Under the pieces are notes generated by a model. It made no database searches. It saw only the letters and a program-made list of their open reading frames with translations, and was not told where the DNA came from. This document shows, in pieces, positions 31,299 through 43,238 of a DNA stretch of 64,000 bases. This stretch comes from an uncultured Actinomycetes bacterium (GTDB lineage: Bacteria; Actinomycetota; Actinomycetes; Streptosporangiales; Streptosporangiaceae), in the NCBI GenBank assembly GCA_963709075.1, contig CAVPUY010000010.1, positions 117,654 to 181,653 on the forward strand, written 5' to 3'. The position numbers were made by a program, and so were the translations under genes. The stretch's first letter is position 1, and each line of letters opens with the position of its first letter.

Positions 31299-32147
31299 TC
31301 AGCGGCGATCGTGCTGTGCGGACTCGGACGGGTGGAATCCGCCAGTGTGCGGCACCGGCTCAGGCTGCGGGGTGTACGGGCTCGCCACCGCCGGCTGGCC
31401 GTTGCGGGCTTCCATCCGTCCCATGCCCGCGGGAACCGCCGGCTGCGGCCCGGTAGCCATGGCGGGGAAGACGCCGCTGTCGGTGGCGCCTGCCTCGAGG
31501 TCACGAAGCTGCCCTTCCAGGTACGCCTTGAGCCTGCTGCGGTACTCCCGCTCGAACGCACGCAGGTCGTCGACGCGCCGCTCGAGTTCCTCGCGCGACT
31601 GCACGAGCGACCCCATGGCCTGGCGGTGCCGCTCCTGGGCGTCGCGCTCCAGGCTCTCCGCACGGGCCCTGGCGTCGCTGGTGATCTGCTCGGACTGCCG
31701 CCTGGCCTTGGTCAGGATCTCGTCCGCCTCGCGCCTGGCCCGGCCAAGGGTCTCGTCGGCCTCGCGCCTGGCGTCAGCGATCGCCTGGTCGGCGGTCTGC
31801 TGCGCGAGCGCAAGCACGCGGGCAGCCGTGTCCATGTTGTCCTCGACCGGCTTCATGCCCATCATCACGGCCTCTTGCGGCCGGCGCTCGGGCTCGATCC
31901 GCGGCGGCTCCGGCGTGTGCAGCTCGGGCGGCGGGTCGGCGTGGGGAGCGTTGAGAGCCACCGGCGCCTTGCCGCCGCGCAGCACCTCCGCCAGCTTGCC
32001 CCGGAGCTCCTCGTTCTCCTGGATCAGCCGGTCGAGCTCCGCTTCTACCTCATCGAGGAAGGCGTCGACCTCTTCCTCGTCATAGCCGGGCCTGAGCCTC
32101 GTCGTGCTGAACTGCTTGTTCCGCACATCCGCGGGCGTCAGTGGCAT
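31299..32147 (-). CDS. divIVA: Cell-division/polar-growth protein DivIVA (Wag31 homologue)
   Basis: Intact 282 aa. N-terminus MPLTPADVRNKQFSTTRLRPGYDEEEVDAFLDEVEAEL followed by coiled-coil repeats. Confidence 0.9.
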   Translation of the reverse strand: MPLTPADVRNKQFSTTRLRPGYDEEEVDAFLDEVEAELDRLIQENEELRGKLAEVLRGGKAPVALNAPHADPPPELHTPEPPRIEPERRPQEAVMMGMKPVEDNMDTAARVLALAQQTADQAIADARREADETLGRARREADEILTKARRQSEQITSDARARAESLERDAQERHRQAMGSLVQSREELERRVDDLRAFEREYRSRLKAYLEGQLRDLEAGATDSGVFPAMATGPQPAVPAGMGRMEARNGQPAVASPYTPQPEPVPHTGGFHPSESAQHDRR

Positions 32148-32196
32148 GTCGTCTCCTTGGCGCGCTTGGACTTGGTCCCCTGTGGACGCTACCTGA

Positions 32197-32482
32197 TCAG
32201 ATCAGCTGCACGGCCTGGATCAAGACGAAAACCACCAGGAACAGCACCATGAAGCTGAGGTCCAAGGCCACATTACCGAGCCGGAGCGACGGAATGCAGC
32301 GCCTTAGCAATCTCAGTGGCGGATCGGTCGGCGTGAAGACATGCCTCGCCATGACCAGGACGATGCCCGTCGGCTGCCAGCGACGGCGAGAAAGTCTGTA
32401 TCCAGCTGATGATCAGCCGCCCGATGAGCAGGAGCAGGTAGATCCAGAGTGCGTAGTACAAGATGATCTTTACGAGCGCCAC
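32197..32482 (-). pseudogene. yggT: YggT-family membrane protein, 1-nt insertion at ~32380
   Basis: ORF 32273..32482 gives MALVKIILYYALWIYLLLLIGRLIISWIQTFSPS. After one base is removed it continues WQPTGIVLVMARHVFTPTDPPLRLLRRCIPSLRLGNVALDLSFMVLFLVVFVLIQAVQLI and ends at TGA 32197-32199. Confidence 0.8.
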
Positions 32483-32559
32483 ATCCCTGCCCTGCCCGCA
32501 CGGCGGATGCCGGATTGGTTACCGCTGTCGTCGTACTGCGTAGTTTGTCGTTGTCTATG

Positions 32560-33093
32560 CTAGCTCTGGTTGAAAAATCCTCTCTCCACGATACGGGCCT
32601 TATCCTCGGCTGCTACCTCTACGTTCGCCGGGGACAGCAGGAACACCTTGTTGGTCACCCGCTCGATGGACCCGCGCAGGCCGAAGATCAGGCCTGCCGC
32701 GAAGTCGACGAGGCGCTTCGCGTCGCTGTCGACCATCTCGGTCAGGTTCATGATCACCGGAGTGCCCTCGCGGAAATGCTCCCCGATCGTACGGGCCTCA
32801 TTGTACGTACGCGGATGCAAGGTGGTAATCCGGGCGAGATCAGTGGTCTGCGACGCTGTGGCCTGCGTCGCGGTCCCTCCGTGCCGCTCGTGGGCGAGAT
32901 GGCCGTTCTCGGGGCTGAGGTCACCTGGCCAACATGGACCTCCTGCCGGTCCCCCGGGTCCAGCCAGATCATCCTCTTCGCCGTACTCGTCGTACTCGTC
33001 AGAGCCGTAATCATCGGAGTAGTGGTCGTCGTAGCGGTGATCGTCCTCTACTAGGCCGAGATAGACCGCCATCTTGCGCATCGCGCTGGCCAT
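32560..33093 (-). CDS. sepF: Cell-division protein SepF
   Basis: Start at Met122 of ORF 32560..33456 (GGAGGA upstream). N-terminus [19 protein letters not shown]-terminal domain [29 protein letters not shown]...KVFLLSP. Confidence 0.9.
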   Translation of the reverse strand: MASAMRKMAVYLGLVEDDHRYDDHYSDDYGSDEYDEYGEEDDLAGPGGPAGGPCWPGDLSPENGHLAHERHGGTATQATASQTTDLARITTLHPRTYNEARTIGEHFREGTPVIMNLTEMVDSDAKRLVDFAAGLIFGLRGSIERVTNKVFLLSPANVEVAAEDKARIVERGFFNQS

Positions 33094-33152
33094 CCTGCAG
33101 TCCTCCGTCGCGCTATGGTGCGGCCCGCTCGCGGCGTGCCACGCGACGGACA

Positions 33153-33900
33153 TTACCTGACGAACGCCTGCCGGCCGCCGAGCAACGCCGTACCGACACG
33201 CACGTGTGTTGCGCCCGCCGCGATCGCCTGCTCCAGATCGCCGCTCATTCCGGCGGAAATCATCACCGCTGCCGGGTGCGCCGAGCGGACCTGCGCGGCC
33301 AGCTCGCCGAGCTTCGCGAACGCGGCATCCGGCGGCACGCCGAGCGGCGCCACGGCCATCACGCCGCCGAGAACCAGCCCGTCCTGCTCCGCGATCGCGT
33401 CGGCGACCGTGCAGCACCTGTCCGCGGGCGGCGCCGCCCCTGGCCGGGATCGCCATCCAGGCTGGCCTGGACGAGGCAGGTGACCGTGCGCCCGGCCGCC
33501 ACGGCCCGCGAGCCGAGCGCGCCGACCAGCCGCAGCCGGTCGACCGAATGGATCACGTCAGCGTAGGAGATCACGCTGGCAGCCTTGTTGACCTGGAGCT
33601 GGCCGACGAAATGCCAGGTGAGCCGCAGTCCGAGCGCGGCGCACTCGGCCGCCTTGGCGGCTGCCTCCTGCGCCCGGTTCTCCCCGACGTCGGTCACGCC
33701 AAGCTCGCTGAGCAGCCCGATGTCCGAGGCCGGCCGGGTCTTGGTGATGGCGATCAGGGTGACATTCCGGCGCTGCGGCCCGCCGACTGGCACGCCGCGG
33801 CGATCCTGGCCCGGACCGCGGCCAGGCCGTCAGCTATCTCATCGCGGCGAATCCCGCTCTCCTCGCGGCGGTTCCCGTCCGCCGGGCCTGGCTGAGTCAC
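33153..33900 (-). pseudogene. yggS: YggS/YlmE-family PLP-binding protein, two frame breaks (~33772, ~33445)
   Basis: GTG 33900 is the first possible start after the in-frame stop at 33916-33918. NVTLIAITKTRPASDI...VGENRAQE and WHFVGQLQVNK lie in ORF 33359..33793. The C-terminal part GVMAVAPLG...[29 protein letters not shown] lies in ORF 33153..33362. Confidence 0.85.
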
Positions 33901-33985
33901 CGGCTCATCATGACGCTAGCCCCGTCAGCCCGGCGAGCCCGGCCGGTCATGACGCCGCCCGCATCGCGCCCGCGAGACCGGCCGG

Positions 33986-34862
33986 TCATGGCGCTAGCCA
34001 GACCAGCCCTGCGAATCGCCCGGTCTGGCCGTCGCGCCGGTAGGAGAACAGCGCCGGGGTCTCCGCGGTGCAGCGCGGATCGCGGCTGACGGCCAGGACG
34101 CCCGCCGCGGCCAGCTGCGCCGCGACACCGGACCTGATGTCGATTCCCGGGCTGCCCTTCCGCGTCACGCAGCTTGCCTGCGGTACCGCGTCCGCTATCC
34201 GCGCCCTGAGCTCGGCCGGCACCTCATAGCAGCCGCCGCAGATGGCCGGGCCGAGCACGGCGTGCATCCGCGAAGGGTCTGCTCCGGCTCCGGTCATCGC
34301 GCGGACCAGCGCCGGGACGACGCCACGAGCCATTCCCTCCCGGCCCGCGTGCGCCACGCCGGCGACCCGTGCCTGCGGGTCAGCGATCAGGACCGGAGCG
34401 CAGTCCGCGACCAGCACGCCAAGCGGCAGGCCAGGGACGTCGGTGAAGAGCGCGTCAACCGCGGGAACGGGCGGCGCTGCACCGGAAGGGCCCGCCGCTG
34501 CGCCTGGCCCGCCAGCCGCCGGGCCAGGGCCGCCAGCCGCCACGCCGGGGGGACCCGTCGATTACGTCCGGCCCGCGCCCTGGGGCCACCCCGGGACCGT
34601 ATCCAGCCGCGTAGGCCACCTCGGCACCGTGCACCTGCCGCATCCACGCGATGCCGTCGGCCGGCCCGCACGCCTGCGCGGCGAGCTTCCGGTTGCTGGC
34701 TACGGCCGCTGGATCATCACCGACGCCGGCACCCAGGTTCAGGCTGTCGAAGGGGGGATCGCTGACGCCACCATGGCGGCTGGTGAAGGCAGCGAGCACG
34801 CCGGGCGCCAGCTCGAACGGACGCCATGGATCAGCCGCGAACTCGCCGCGGCGTGTCCTCAC
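33986..34862 (-). pseudogene. pgeF: PgeF/YfiH (DUF152, polyphenol-oxidase family) protein, insertion in the G6 run 34547-34552
   Basis: N-terminal part in ORF 34455..34862 (FTSRHGGVS...WMRQVHG). C-terminal part in ORF 33986..34543 (VLVADCAPVL, VAHAGREG, ICGGCYEV). The GTGA overlaps the ftsZ stop. Confidence 0.85.
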
Positions 34863-36405
34863 TTCAGGAAATCGGGCACGTCAAGATCGTCGTCCTCCTC
34901 GAAGACCACGGACCGCCGACGGGTGCTGACCGGATCGAAGGTTCGCGCGCGCGGCCGCCGGCTCGGGCCGGGAGGCCGCGCCCGGCCCGTCGGAACCCGC
35001 TGACGGCGCTGCCGCGGGAAGATCGCCCGGCCGCGGTGACGGGACGCCATCGCCGCCGTAGCTCGCCGGGCGGTGCCCAGGACGATGCCGCACGCTGCGG
35101 CTGCTCGTCCATTGCCGCGGCCGGCGGCCGGCGCCTGGCCGGCGCCGCGGTGCCTGACCGGAGTCCGCGGGCAGGCCGGCCGGCGGGCAGGCTGGCCGCA
35201 GCCACGCCGTTCCCGGCCGGGCTGTCCGCAGGCACGCCGTTCGGCGGCCGCACCGCGGCCTGGCCGCGCCGCCGACCACCAGCCCGGCCGCCTCGCTCCC
35301 GGCGGCCGGCGTCCCGGCCGCCACCGCGGCATCCGGGCGGTCAGGGAAGTCCGCGGCCCGCCAGCCTCCGCCGGCGCCGTATCCGTCAGCCGCGGCAGGC
35401 GCGGCGGGCGCGGCGCTCTGCGCTGCCATGGCACGCCCCGGCCGCGTTCTGGCGATCCGGCCCTCGTCAAATCCGGCCGCGATGACGGTGACTCGCACCT
35501 CGTCGCCCAGCGCGTCGTCGATGACCGCGCCGAAGATGATGTTGGCATCGGGCGCGGCCGAGTTCGCCACTAGCTGAGCGGCCTCGTTGATCTCGAACAG
35601 GCCCAGGTCGGAGCCGCCCTGGATCGACAGCAGCACGCCATGCGCGCCGTCGATGCTCGCCTCGAGCAGCGGACTGGAGATCGCCATCTCGGCGGCGGCA
35701 ACGGAGCGGTCGTCGCCGCGCGCCGAGCCGATGCCCATCAGGGCAGAGCCAGCGCCGGACATCACCGACTTCACGTCGGCGAAGTCCAGGTTGATCAGCC
35801 CCGGAGTGGTAATCAGGTCGGTGATCCCCTGCACACCGGAAAGCAGCACCTGGTCGGCCGCCTTGAACGCGTCGAGAACGCTGACGTGCCGGTCCGAGAT
35901 GGACAGCAGCCGGTCGTTCGGGATGACGATGAGCGTATCGACCTCCTCGCGGAGGCGCTCGATGCCCAGGTCGGCCTGCGCCGCCCGCCGCTTTCCCCTC
36001 GAAGCCGAACGGCCTGGTGACGACGCCGATGGTGAGCGCGCCGAGCGAGCGAGCGACGCTCGCCACCACTGGCGCCCCGCCGGTGCCGGTCCCGCCGCCC
36101 TCGCCGGCCGTGACGAAGACCATGTCGGCCCCCTTGAGGACCTCCTCGATCTCCTCGCGGTGGTCTTCGGCTGCCTTGCTGCCGATGTCCGGGTTGGCGC
36201 CAGCGCCAAGGCCGCGGGTGAGTTCCCGGCCGACGTCCAGCTTGACGTCGGCATCGCTCATCAGGAGCGCCTGAGCGTCCGTATTGATGGCGATGAACTC
36301 AACGCCCTTGAGCCCCTCGTCGATCATCCGGTTAACGGCGTTGACGCCGCCCCCGCCGATACCGACGACCTTGATGACCGCCAAATAGTTCTGCGGTGCT
36401 GCCAC
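34859..36405 (-). pseudogene. ftsZ: Cell-division GTPase FtsZ, frame breaks at the TTT run 35992-35994 and at least once in the C-terminal linker (34925-35450)
   Basis: GTG 36405 gives [27 protein letters not shown]...[13 protein letters not shown]...RPFGFEGK. The sequence continues in ORF 34881..36254 ([29 protein letters not shown]...AAGFDEG). The conserved C-terminus VVFEEDDDLDVPDFLK is in ORF 34859..35548. Confidence 0.95.
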
Positions 36406-36618
36406 GAGGAGGAACCTTTCCGCTCGTTTTTGCGATTACCGAGTTTCCGCCCGCTGCTTGCTGGCCAGCTCCCCTGCCAAGCTCAGGAAACTTCCTATTC
36501 AGCAGTTCTCCGAAATACGCCCCCAATAGCATCGGCCGGGCACGTTCGCGATTCCGGCGAATCAACTCTCACCCTCAAGTTGAGATTTAGAGTTATGTCA
36601 AGCTGCCGACTGGTACGG

Positions 36619-36647
36619 ACATTAGGGTCGTCCGCCACCGGGGTCAA
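36619..36647 (-). promoter_or_regulatory. Candidate sigma-70-type promoter in the ftsQ-ftsZ spacer
   Basis: On the minus strand: TTGACC (36647-36642), a 17-nt spacer, then TAATGT (36624-36619). It lies ~215 nt upstream of the ftsZ GTG, within a 372-bp spacer of lower G+C. Confidence 0.35.
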
Positions 36648-36777
36648 CTAACCGGGCACCGAGCGGCCCGGCGTGTCGCGACCTAGTGCTGCGCACGGGT
36701 CCCGCGGCCCGCAGGCAGGGAACCGGGAGCGTGCGTGACGAGCGGCCAGCGGGCGAGTTCAGCCAACTCCGGTTAGC

Positions 36778-37672
36778 TCATCTCCGGGTGACCGCCGTCC
36801 GCGGATCGCTGACGTCGAAATAGCGCGCGTGGCCGCGCATCAGGATCGCAAGTTCCCTGGACTTGACCGCGGGCTGGCCGGTGCCGCCCCAGACGATCCG
36901 CACGCCGCCGCGGAGCCTGAGCGTCACCGCGTCCGCGCTCGGCGCGTCGATGGCCCGGACCTTGCGGGCAAGCCGCGGCGGGCAGCTCGCGCAGCACCGT
37001 CGCCGCCGCCAGCACCTCCGGGCTGCCGCGCAGCGCCGCGGTGCTGGCCGGATTGGGCGTGTCGAGTACGGGCATGTGGTGCGGCCGCCGGCACGTACCG
37101 CAGGCCCACGCCGAACTTGTCGATCAGCTGGTATCCGTGGCCGCTCGGCTGCCGCGAGCACGGCCGTGCGCTCCCGCACCGAGATGACGATCCTGTCCGG
37201 CCAGACCCTCCGGACCTGTGCGGACTGCACCAGCGTGATGCGCTCGACCCGGCGGGCCACCATTGCGGCGTTGATCCGGATGAGCGGCGTGCCCGGCCGG
37301 ATTCCCGCGTCGGCGATCACCTCCGCCCGCGAGATGCCGGCCGGGCCGGTGACCTGCGATCGAGCGCACGACGAGGAACTTGGAGCCGAGCAGCGCCCAG
37401 GCCACCCCGGCCAGGATCGCCACCGCGGCGAGCACGAAGAAGGCGGTCTTCCACGGATCCGTCCGGCGCCGCCGCCGGGTGCCGGATCCGGCGCCATCCG
37501 GTCCGGCAGCGACCGCCGTGACGGTACCCGGCCCGGCAGCACCAGTCCCGGCAGCACCCGGCCCGGCGGCACCAGTCCCGGCAGCACCCGGCCCGGCGGC
37601 ACCCGGCCCGGCGGCCGCAGGCACATCGCTACCCGGCGATGCCGCCGGCCGGACGGTCCGGCGCCTGATCAC
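36778..37672 (-). pseudogene. ftsQ: Cell-division protein FtsQ, four 1-nt insertions (~37357, ~37143, ~37076, ~36982)
   Basis: N-terminal part and TM in ORF 37124..37672 (WKTAFFVLAAVAILAGVAWALLG). POTRA region VTGPAGISRAEVIADAGIRPGTPLIRI in ORF 36778..37626. GHGYQLIDKFGVGLRYVP in ORF 36924..37109. MPVLDTPNP...VLRELP in ORF 36773..37075. The end ...RLARKVRAIDAPSADAVTLRLRGGVRIVWG returns to the 36778 frame. Confidence 0.85.
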
Positions 37673-39125
37673 CAGGAACCGCCTTCCCTGCGGTGCAGCG
37701 CCGCGACGATCAGCGGCCCGAGCGCGGTCACGTCACCCGCGCCCATGGTCAGCACCAGGTCTCCTGGCTTGGCCAGGCCGGCGGCGGCGGCGGGCACCTC
37801 GGCCGCGGTCGGGCAGGTAGAGCGCGCCGCCGGGGACGGCCGCCGCGATCAGGTTCCCGGTCACGCCGGGCTACGGGATCTTCCCTGGCCGCGTACACGT
37901 CGAGCACGATCGCCTCATCGGCAAGGCCGAGCGCGGCGGCGAACTCGGCGGCGAACAGCCGGTACGGCTGTACAGGTGCGGCTGGAAGACCGCGATGACC
38001 CGGCCGCCGGCCGCCACGTCCCTGGCGGCCGCGAGGTCGGCGGCCAGCTCGGTCGGGTGGTGCGCGTAGCTGTCGAGCACCCGGACCCCGTCCGCCTCGC
38101 CCTTCAGCTCCATCCGGCGGCGAGCGCCGCCGTAGCCGGCCAGGCCGCCGATGGCGCTGCCCAGCCGGGTAGCCGAGCTCGATCGCGACGGCCAGCGCGG
38201 CCGCGGCGTTCAGCGCATTGTGCCGGCCGGGCACCTGGATCTCGGCGGCCAGTCCGCCGGGGGCGCTGGCCGCGGCCCGCGGTCCCGGCGTGAGCGTCAG
38301 GCCGGTGGCCATGCCGCGTGGGGTCACGGCGCTGACCCGGTAGTCGGCATCCGCCGCCGTGCCGTACGTCCGCACCCGGACCGCGGGCTCGGCCGGCGCC
38401 CGGGGCGGCGACGGCCGCCGCCAGCGCAGCGCGCGCCCGGGTCATCGGCGCAGGCCACCAGCAGCCCGCCGGGGGTTATCCGGCGCGCGAACGCCAGGAA
38501 GGCCGCCTCGATCTCGGCCAGGTCCGCGTAGTTGTCCAGGTGGTCGGCCTCGATGCAGGTCACGATGGCCGCGTCGGGCGCCAGCATGAGGAACGACCCG
38601 TCGCTCTCGTCGGCCTCGGCGACGAACGTCGCGCCGCTGCCGTCGGCGGCGCCCAGGCCGGTCTCGGCCAGGATTCCGCCGATGACGTACGACGGGTCGG
38701 CGCCGCAGCGGCGCAGGATGGTAGTGAGCATCGATGTGGTCGTCGTCTTGCCGTGCGTTCCGGCGACGGCGATGCCGCGGCCGGCCGAGCATCACCGATG
38801 CCAGCGCCGTCGCGCGGTGCAGCACCCGGATGCCGCGCCGCCGCGCCTCGGCGAGCTCCGGGTTGTCCGGCCTGATGGCGCTGGACACGACCAGGGTGTC
38901 GGCGTCGGCGACATTGGCCGCCGCGTGGCCGACCCGGACGCGCGCGCCGAGCGCGGCGAGCTCTTCCAGCAGCTCGCCAGGTGCCGAGTCGCTGCCGGAG
39001 ACCGGCACGCCCCTGGCCAGCAGGATGCGGGCGATGCCGGACATGCCAGCCCCGCCGATGCCGGTGAAATGCACCCGGCCGAGCTGGCCGACTGGCACCG
39101 GGTCGGCCGGCTTCACCAGCCCCAT
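37669..39125 (-). pseudogene. murC: UDP-N-acetylmuramate--L-alanine ligase MurC, seven frame breaks (~38780, 38428, 38394, 38156, ~37960, 37871, 37804)
   Basis: FTGIGGAGMSGIA in ORF 38442..39125. GIAVAGTHGKTTTTSML in ORF 38324..38731. Further pieces are in ORFs 38104..38445, 37749..38375 and 37871..38113 ([23 protein letters not shown]...FQPHLYSRT). The tail ...TMGAGDVTALGPLIV ends at TGA 37669-37671, which overlaps the ftsQ GTG. Confidence 0.9.
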
Positions 39126-39189
39126 CTGGCATCTCTCCCGTCCTGGCGGCTCATCCCACGTGCGATCCCGTTCATGCTGGTCATGCGAT

Positions 39190-40351
39190 TCATGCCCGGC
39201 TTCTTGCCGGGCGCCGCCGGCGACTCATGCCCGGCGCCGGCCTGCCCGAGGGCCGGCCTGGCCGCCGGCCGCTGCGCTGCATCACCTGGAGGACCTCCGC
39301 GGCCAGCCGCCGGTCGGCGTCCCCGCGGCCCATTTCCGCGGCCGCCACCGACATGGCGGCGACAAGTTCCGGGTCGAGCAGCACCGGCAGCAGCGTGCCG
39401 GCGATCCAGGCCGGCGTCAGGTCGGCGTCGGGCACGATCAGGCCGCCGCCTGCCCGCTCGATCGGCGCCGCGTTCAGCGCGCTGCTCCCCGTTGCCGTGC
39501 GGCAGCGGCACGTACACCGCGGGCAGCCCGACCGCGGTGAGCTCGGCGCAGGTCATCGCGCCGCCGCGGACGAGCGCGAAGTCCGCGGCCGCGTAGGCCA
39601 GGTCCATCCGGTCGACATAGGTCAGCGTCACGTAAGGCGCATCCGGCGACGACGGCACCGGATCGATGTCCGCCCGCGGCCCGATGATGTGCAGGACCTG
39701 GACGGCGGCCGCCCTGATCGCGGCGGCCGCTGCGGTCACCGCCTGGTTCAGCGACCTGGCGCCCTGCGAGCCGCCGGTCACGAGCAGCACAGGCAGGTCC
39801 GGGCGGAGGCCGAAGTGCGCGCGTGCCTTGTCGCTGAGCGCGAGCCGGTCGAGGCCGGAGATCTCGCGGCGGATCGGGATGCCGATGCAGGTCGCGTGGG
39901 CCAGCTTGGTGCCCGGCTGGCCGGTGAAGACATTCCTGGTCAGCCGGGCGCCGAGCCGGTTGGCCAGCCCGGGCCGGGAGTTTGCCTCGTGCACCACGAT
40001 CGGGATGCCGCGCCGCTTGGCCGCGAGGTAGGCGGGCGTGGCGACGTAGCCGCCGAAGCCGACGAGCACCTCAGCCCCGCACTGGTCGAGCGCGGCCCCG
40101 GCCGCCCCGATCGCGTCGGCGAGCCTGGCTGGCACCGAGAGCAGCTGCGGCGTGATCGAGCGTGGCAGCGGAACGGCGGGAATCAGGGCCAGGTCGTAGC
40201 CGCGGTTGGGGACCAGCCTGGTCTCCAGGCCGCGCTCGGTGCCGAGGCAGGTGACGATGATCCGCTGATCCGCGCGCCGCAGCGCGTCGGCGAGGGCCAG
40301 GGCCGGCTCGATGTGGCCAGCCGTGCCGCCGCCCGCGAGCATCACGCTCAT
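39190..40351 (-). pseudogene. murG: Lipid II synthase MurG (UDP-GlcNAc transferase), 1-nt insertion at ~39478; the 3' end is uncertain (39190, or 39113 if there is a second shift)
   Basis: [24 protein letters not shown]...LVTGGSQGA...PHGNGEQR in ORF 39113..40351. The continuation [24 protein letters not shown]... is in ORF 39190..39435. Confidence 0.9.
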
Positions 40352-40384
40352 GCCAGCTTCCCTCCGCTCCTCCGGGCCCGGCGC

Positions 40385-41662
40385 TCAGTCGCGCCGCCCG
40401 CCCAGGCCCAGCCAGCTTAGGATGCGCCGCGGCACGCTGGGGCCAGCAGCGGCAAGGGCCTGGCTGGCTCCGGGTTCCCGCTTCGCGAATGACATCAGCA
40501 TGCCGAGCGTCACCATCGTCACGATCAGCGACGACAGGCCGGCCGAGACAAGCGGCAGCGGGACCCCGGTGATCGGCAGCAGGCCGATCACCGCGCCGAT
40601 GTTGACCAGCGCCTGCACCACGATCCAGGCGGTGGCCGCCGCCGCGGCGAGCCGCATGAACGTGCCAGGGACCCGGCGCGCGATCCGCAGCCCGGCGTAG
40701 GCGAGCCCGCCGTACAGCATGGTCACGCAGAGCGTGCCGATGAGGCCAAGTTCCTCGCCGAGGATCGCGAAGATGAAGTCAGTCGGCGCGTTCGGCACCC
40801 AGCCCCATTTTTCCTTGCTGGCCCCCAGCCCGACGCCGAACCAGCCGCCGGAGCCGAGCGCGAACTTCCCCTCGGTGGGCTGGTAGCTGGCCGCCGACGC
40901 CTGGGCCTGCGGGTTCAGGAAACCGGTGATCCGCTGCAGCCGGTAGGGCTCGACGATGATCAGGATGATCATGACGAAGCCCATCAGCGCGAGCATGCCC
41001 ACGAAGAGCCTGCCTGGCGTCCCGATCACCCAGAGCAGCGCCAGGAAGATGGTCAGCAGCAGGAAGGTCGTGCCCAGGTCGTCGCCGAGCATGACGAGCA
41101 TGCACATGATGCCCGCGCCCGGCATCAGCGGGATCAGCAGCTGCCGCCAGTCGGTGAGCTGGCCGAGTTTCTCCTTGCGGGCCAGCAGGTCCGCGCCCCA
41201 CAGCAGGAAGGCGAGCTTGGCGAACTCGGACGGCTGCAGCTGGAATGGGCCGATCAGCACCCAGCGGGAGGCGCCGTTGGCCGTCACGCCGATCGTGATG
41301 GCGAGCAGCAGGCCGATGACCGATACCGCCATCAGCGGGTAGGCGGCAGCGCGGAAGACGGCGGGGGACGACCGGGCCGCGAGCCACATCAGCGGCAGCC
41401 CGATGGCGACTCCGAGTAGCTGCTTCTGGAATCCCGCATACGGCGAGCCGCCGGTGTCCAGGGCGGCCGCCGACGACGTGGACAGCACCATCACCAGGCC
41501 AAGCGCGAGCAGCAGCATGGTGATGCCGAGGATGAGGTAATAGGACGTCAGCGGGCGGTCGAGCAGCCCGAGCCGGCCGGACAGCCGGCCAGCAGCCGGG
41601 CGGCCCGGCTCGCTGCCCGGCGGGAACCGCGTCGCGCTTCCGGCCGGTGCCGCGGCGCTCAT
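40385..41662 (-). CDS. ftsW: Lipid II flippase/glycosyltransferase FtsW (SEDS family)
   Basis: Intact 425-aa polytopic ORF with a typical FtsW/RodA/SpoVE layout. ATGA overlap with the murD stop. Confidence 0.9.
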   Translation of the reverse strand: MSAAAPAGSATRFPPGSEPGRPAAGRLSGRLGLLDRPLTSYYLILGITMLLLALGLVMVLSTSSAAALDTGGSPYAGFQKQLLGVAIGLPLMWLAARSSPAVFRAAAYPLMAVSVIGLLLAITIGVTANGASRWVLIGPFQLQPSEFAKLAFLLWGADLLARKEKLGQLTDWRQLLIPLMPGAGIMCMLVMLGDDLGTTFLLLTIFLALLWVIGTPGRLFVGMLALMGFVMIILIIVEPYRLQRITGFLNPQAQASAASYQPTEGKFALGSGGWFGVGLGASKEKWGWVPNAPTDFIFAILGEELGLIGTLCVTMLYGGLAYAGLRIARRVPGTFMRLAAAAATAWIVVQALVNIGAVIGLLPITGVPLPLVSAGLSSLIVTMVTLGMLMSFAKREPGASQALAAAGPSVPRRILSWLGLGGRRD

Positions 41663-43088
41663 GACATCTCCGCCAGCCGCCTGACCGCCGCCGCGAACGC
41701 CTCGCCGCGGGCGGGATAGTCGCGGAACATGTCGAACGACTGTGCCGCCGGCGCCAGCAGCACGGTGTCGCCGGGCCCGGCCAGCTTCGCGGCCGCCTCC
41801 ACCACGAGATCCATTGCTCCAGTGTCCGTGCCAGCAGCCTCAACAACCGGGACATCCGGCGCGTGTCGCGCCAGGGCCGCCCGATCCTGGCCCGGTCGGC
41901 ACCGAGCAGCACAACGCCGCGCAGCCGCGCCGCCGCGGCGCTGACCAGCTCGTCGACGTCCTCGTCAGCGCCCTTGAACAGGCCGCCGGCCACCCACACC
42001 ACGGACGGATAGGCGGCCAGCGAAGCCGCGGCGGCATGCGGGTTGGTCGCCTTGGAATCGTCGATGTAGTCCACGTCCCCGACCCGGGCGACCAGGCTGA
42101 TCCGGTGCGGCTCCGGCCGGAACGCCGCGAGCCCGGCGGCCACGGCTCCCGGCGGCACCCGGTAAGCGCGGGCCAGGGCCGCGGCGGCCAGCGCGTCAGC
42201 GACATTGTGCGGCGCGGCCGGGTGCACGTCGCTCACGGCGGCGAGCCGCTCCTCGTCACCGAAGGCGCGGTCAACCAGGTACCCGCCGGAGATGCCGACC
42301 TCGCCAGCGCCCGGGACATTCATCCGAAACGCGACAAGTCTCGCAGGCTCGCTGGCCATCGCGGCAAGCTCTCCGGATCGCGGGTCATCGGCGTTGTAGA
42401 CGGCGATTGCGCCCGGCGCGTAGATCCGGCCCTTGTCGCGCGCGTACGAGCCGATGTCCCCGTGCCAGTCCAGATGGTGCGCGGCCACGTTCAGCACGAC
42501 CGCCGCGAACGGGCGCAGCGTGGCGCTCCAGTGCAGCTGGAAGCTGGACAGCTCGACGGCGATGACCGGATAAGGCTCCGGGTCGGTCACCGCAGCCACC
42601 ACCGATGTACCGACGTTGCCCGCGGCCACGCTGCGGTGGCCGGCCGCGGCGAGCATCGCGGCGAGCATCCGGACCGTGGTGGTCTTGCCGTTCGTGCCCG
42701 TCACGGCCAGCCACTGCTGCCGTGAGCCGTCCGGCAGCTCCGGCCGGAGCCGCCAGGCGAGCTCGACATCGCCGATCACCGGCACGCCCGCCGTGGCGGC
42801 GGCGGCAAGCAGCGGCGCGTCCGGGCGCCAGCCGGGCGAGGTCACGACGAGGTCCGTGCCGTCCGGCAGGATCTCGGCCGGGCCGGCTGGCCCTTCGCCG
42901 AGCAGCACGGTGACTCCCGCGTCCGCGAGTTCACCGGCCAGCTCGCGCCGCGGCTCGTCGGTGCGCGAATCGACAGCGGTGACCTTCGCGCCGAGCGCCG
43001 CCAGCGTGCGGGCGGCCGGCGGCCCGGACACGCCGAGCCCGGCCACGCACACGCTGAGCCCGGAGAACTCACCGGCTTGGCGCATCAT
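41659..43088 (-). pseudogene. murD: UDP-N-acetylmuramoylalanine--D-glutamate ligase MurD, one missing base at ~41881
   Basis: The N-terminal ~400 aa of ORF 40779..43172 (VCVAGLGVSG, VTGTNGKTTT, DDSKATN). After ...[10 protein letters not shown] the true frame gives [27 protein letters not shown]...[22 protein letters not shown] and ends at TGA 41659-41661. I prefer the start at Met29 (43088). The rest of the 797-aa ORF is out-of-frame read-through across ftsW. Confidence 0.9.
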
Positions 43089-43238
43089 CCGTGCATCCAC
43101 TCCCGTACTCGCCTGGCCTGGCCTGCCCGCTGCCCCCGACCCTGCCATACCGGGGGCGGATAGGCGGAGCACCTCGCGGCGCGTGTCCGGGCGGCCGTGG
43201 GCAGGCCCGGCCCCCGGCGGCGGGATGCCCTGAGCCGG

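Noticed and set aside
40779-43172. 797-aa ORF suggesting a MurD fusion protein.
   Set aside because: Only the first ~430 residues are MurD. After the frame break at ~41881 the ORF continues out of frame across ftsW with Arg/Pro-rich nonsense. The true MurD C-terminus and stop (41659) are in another frame.
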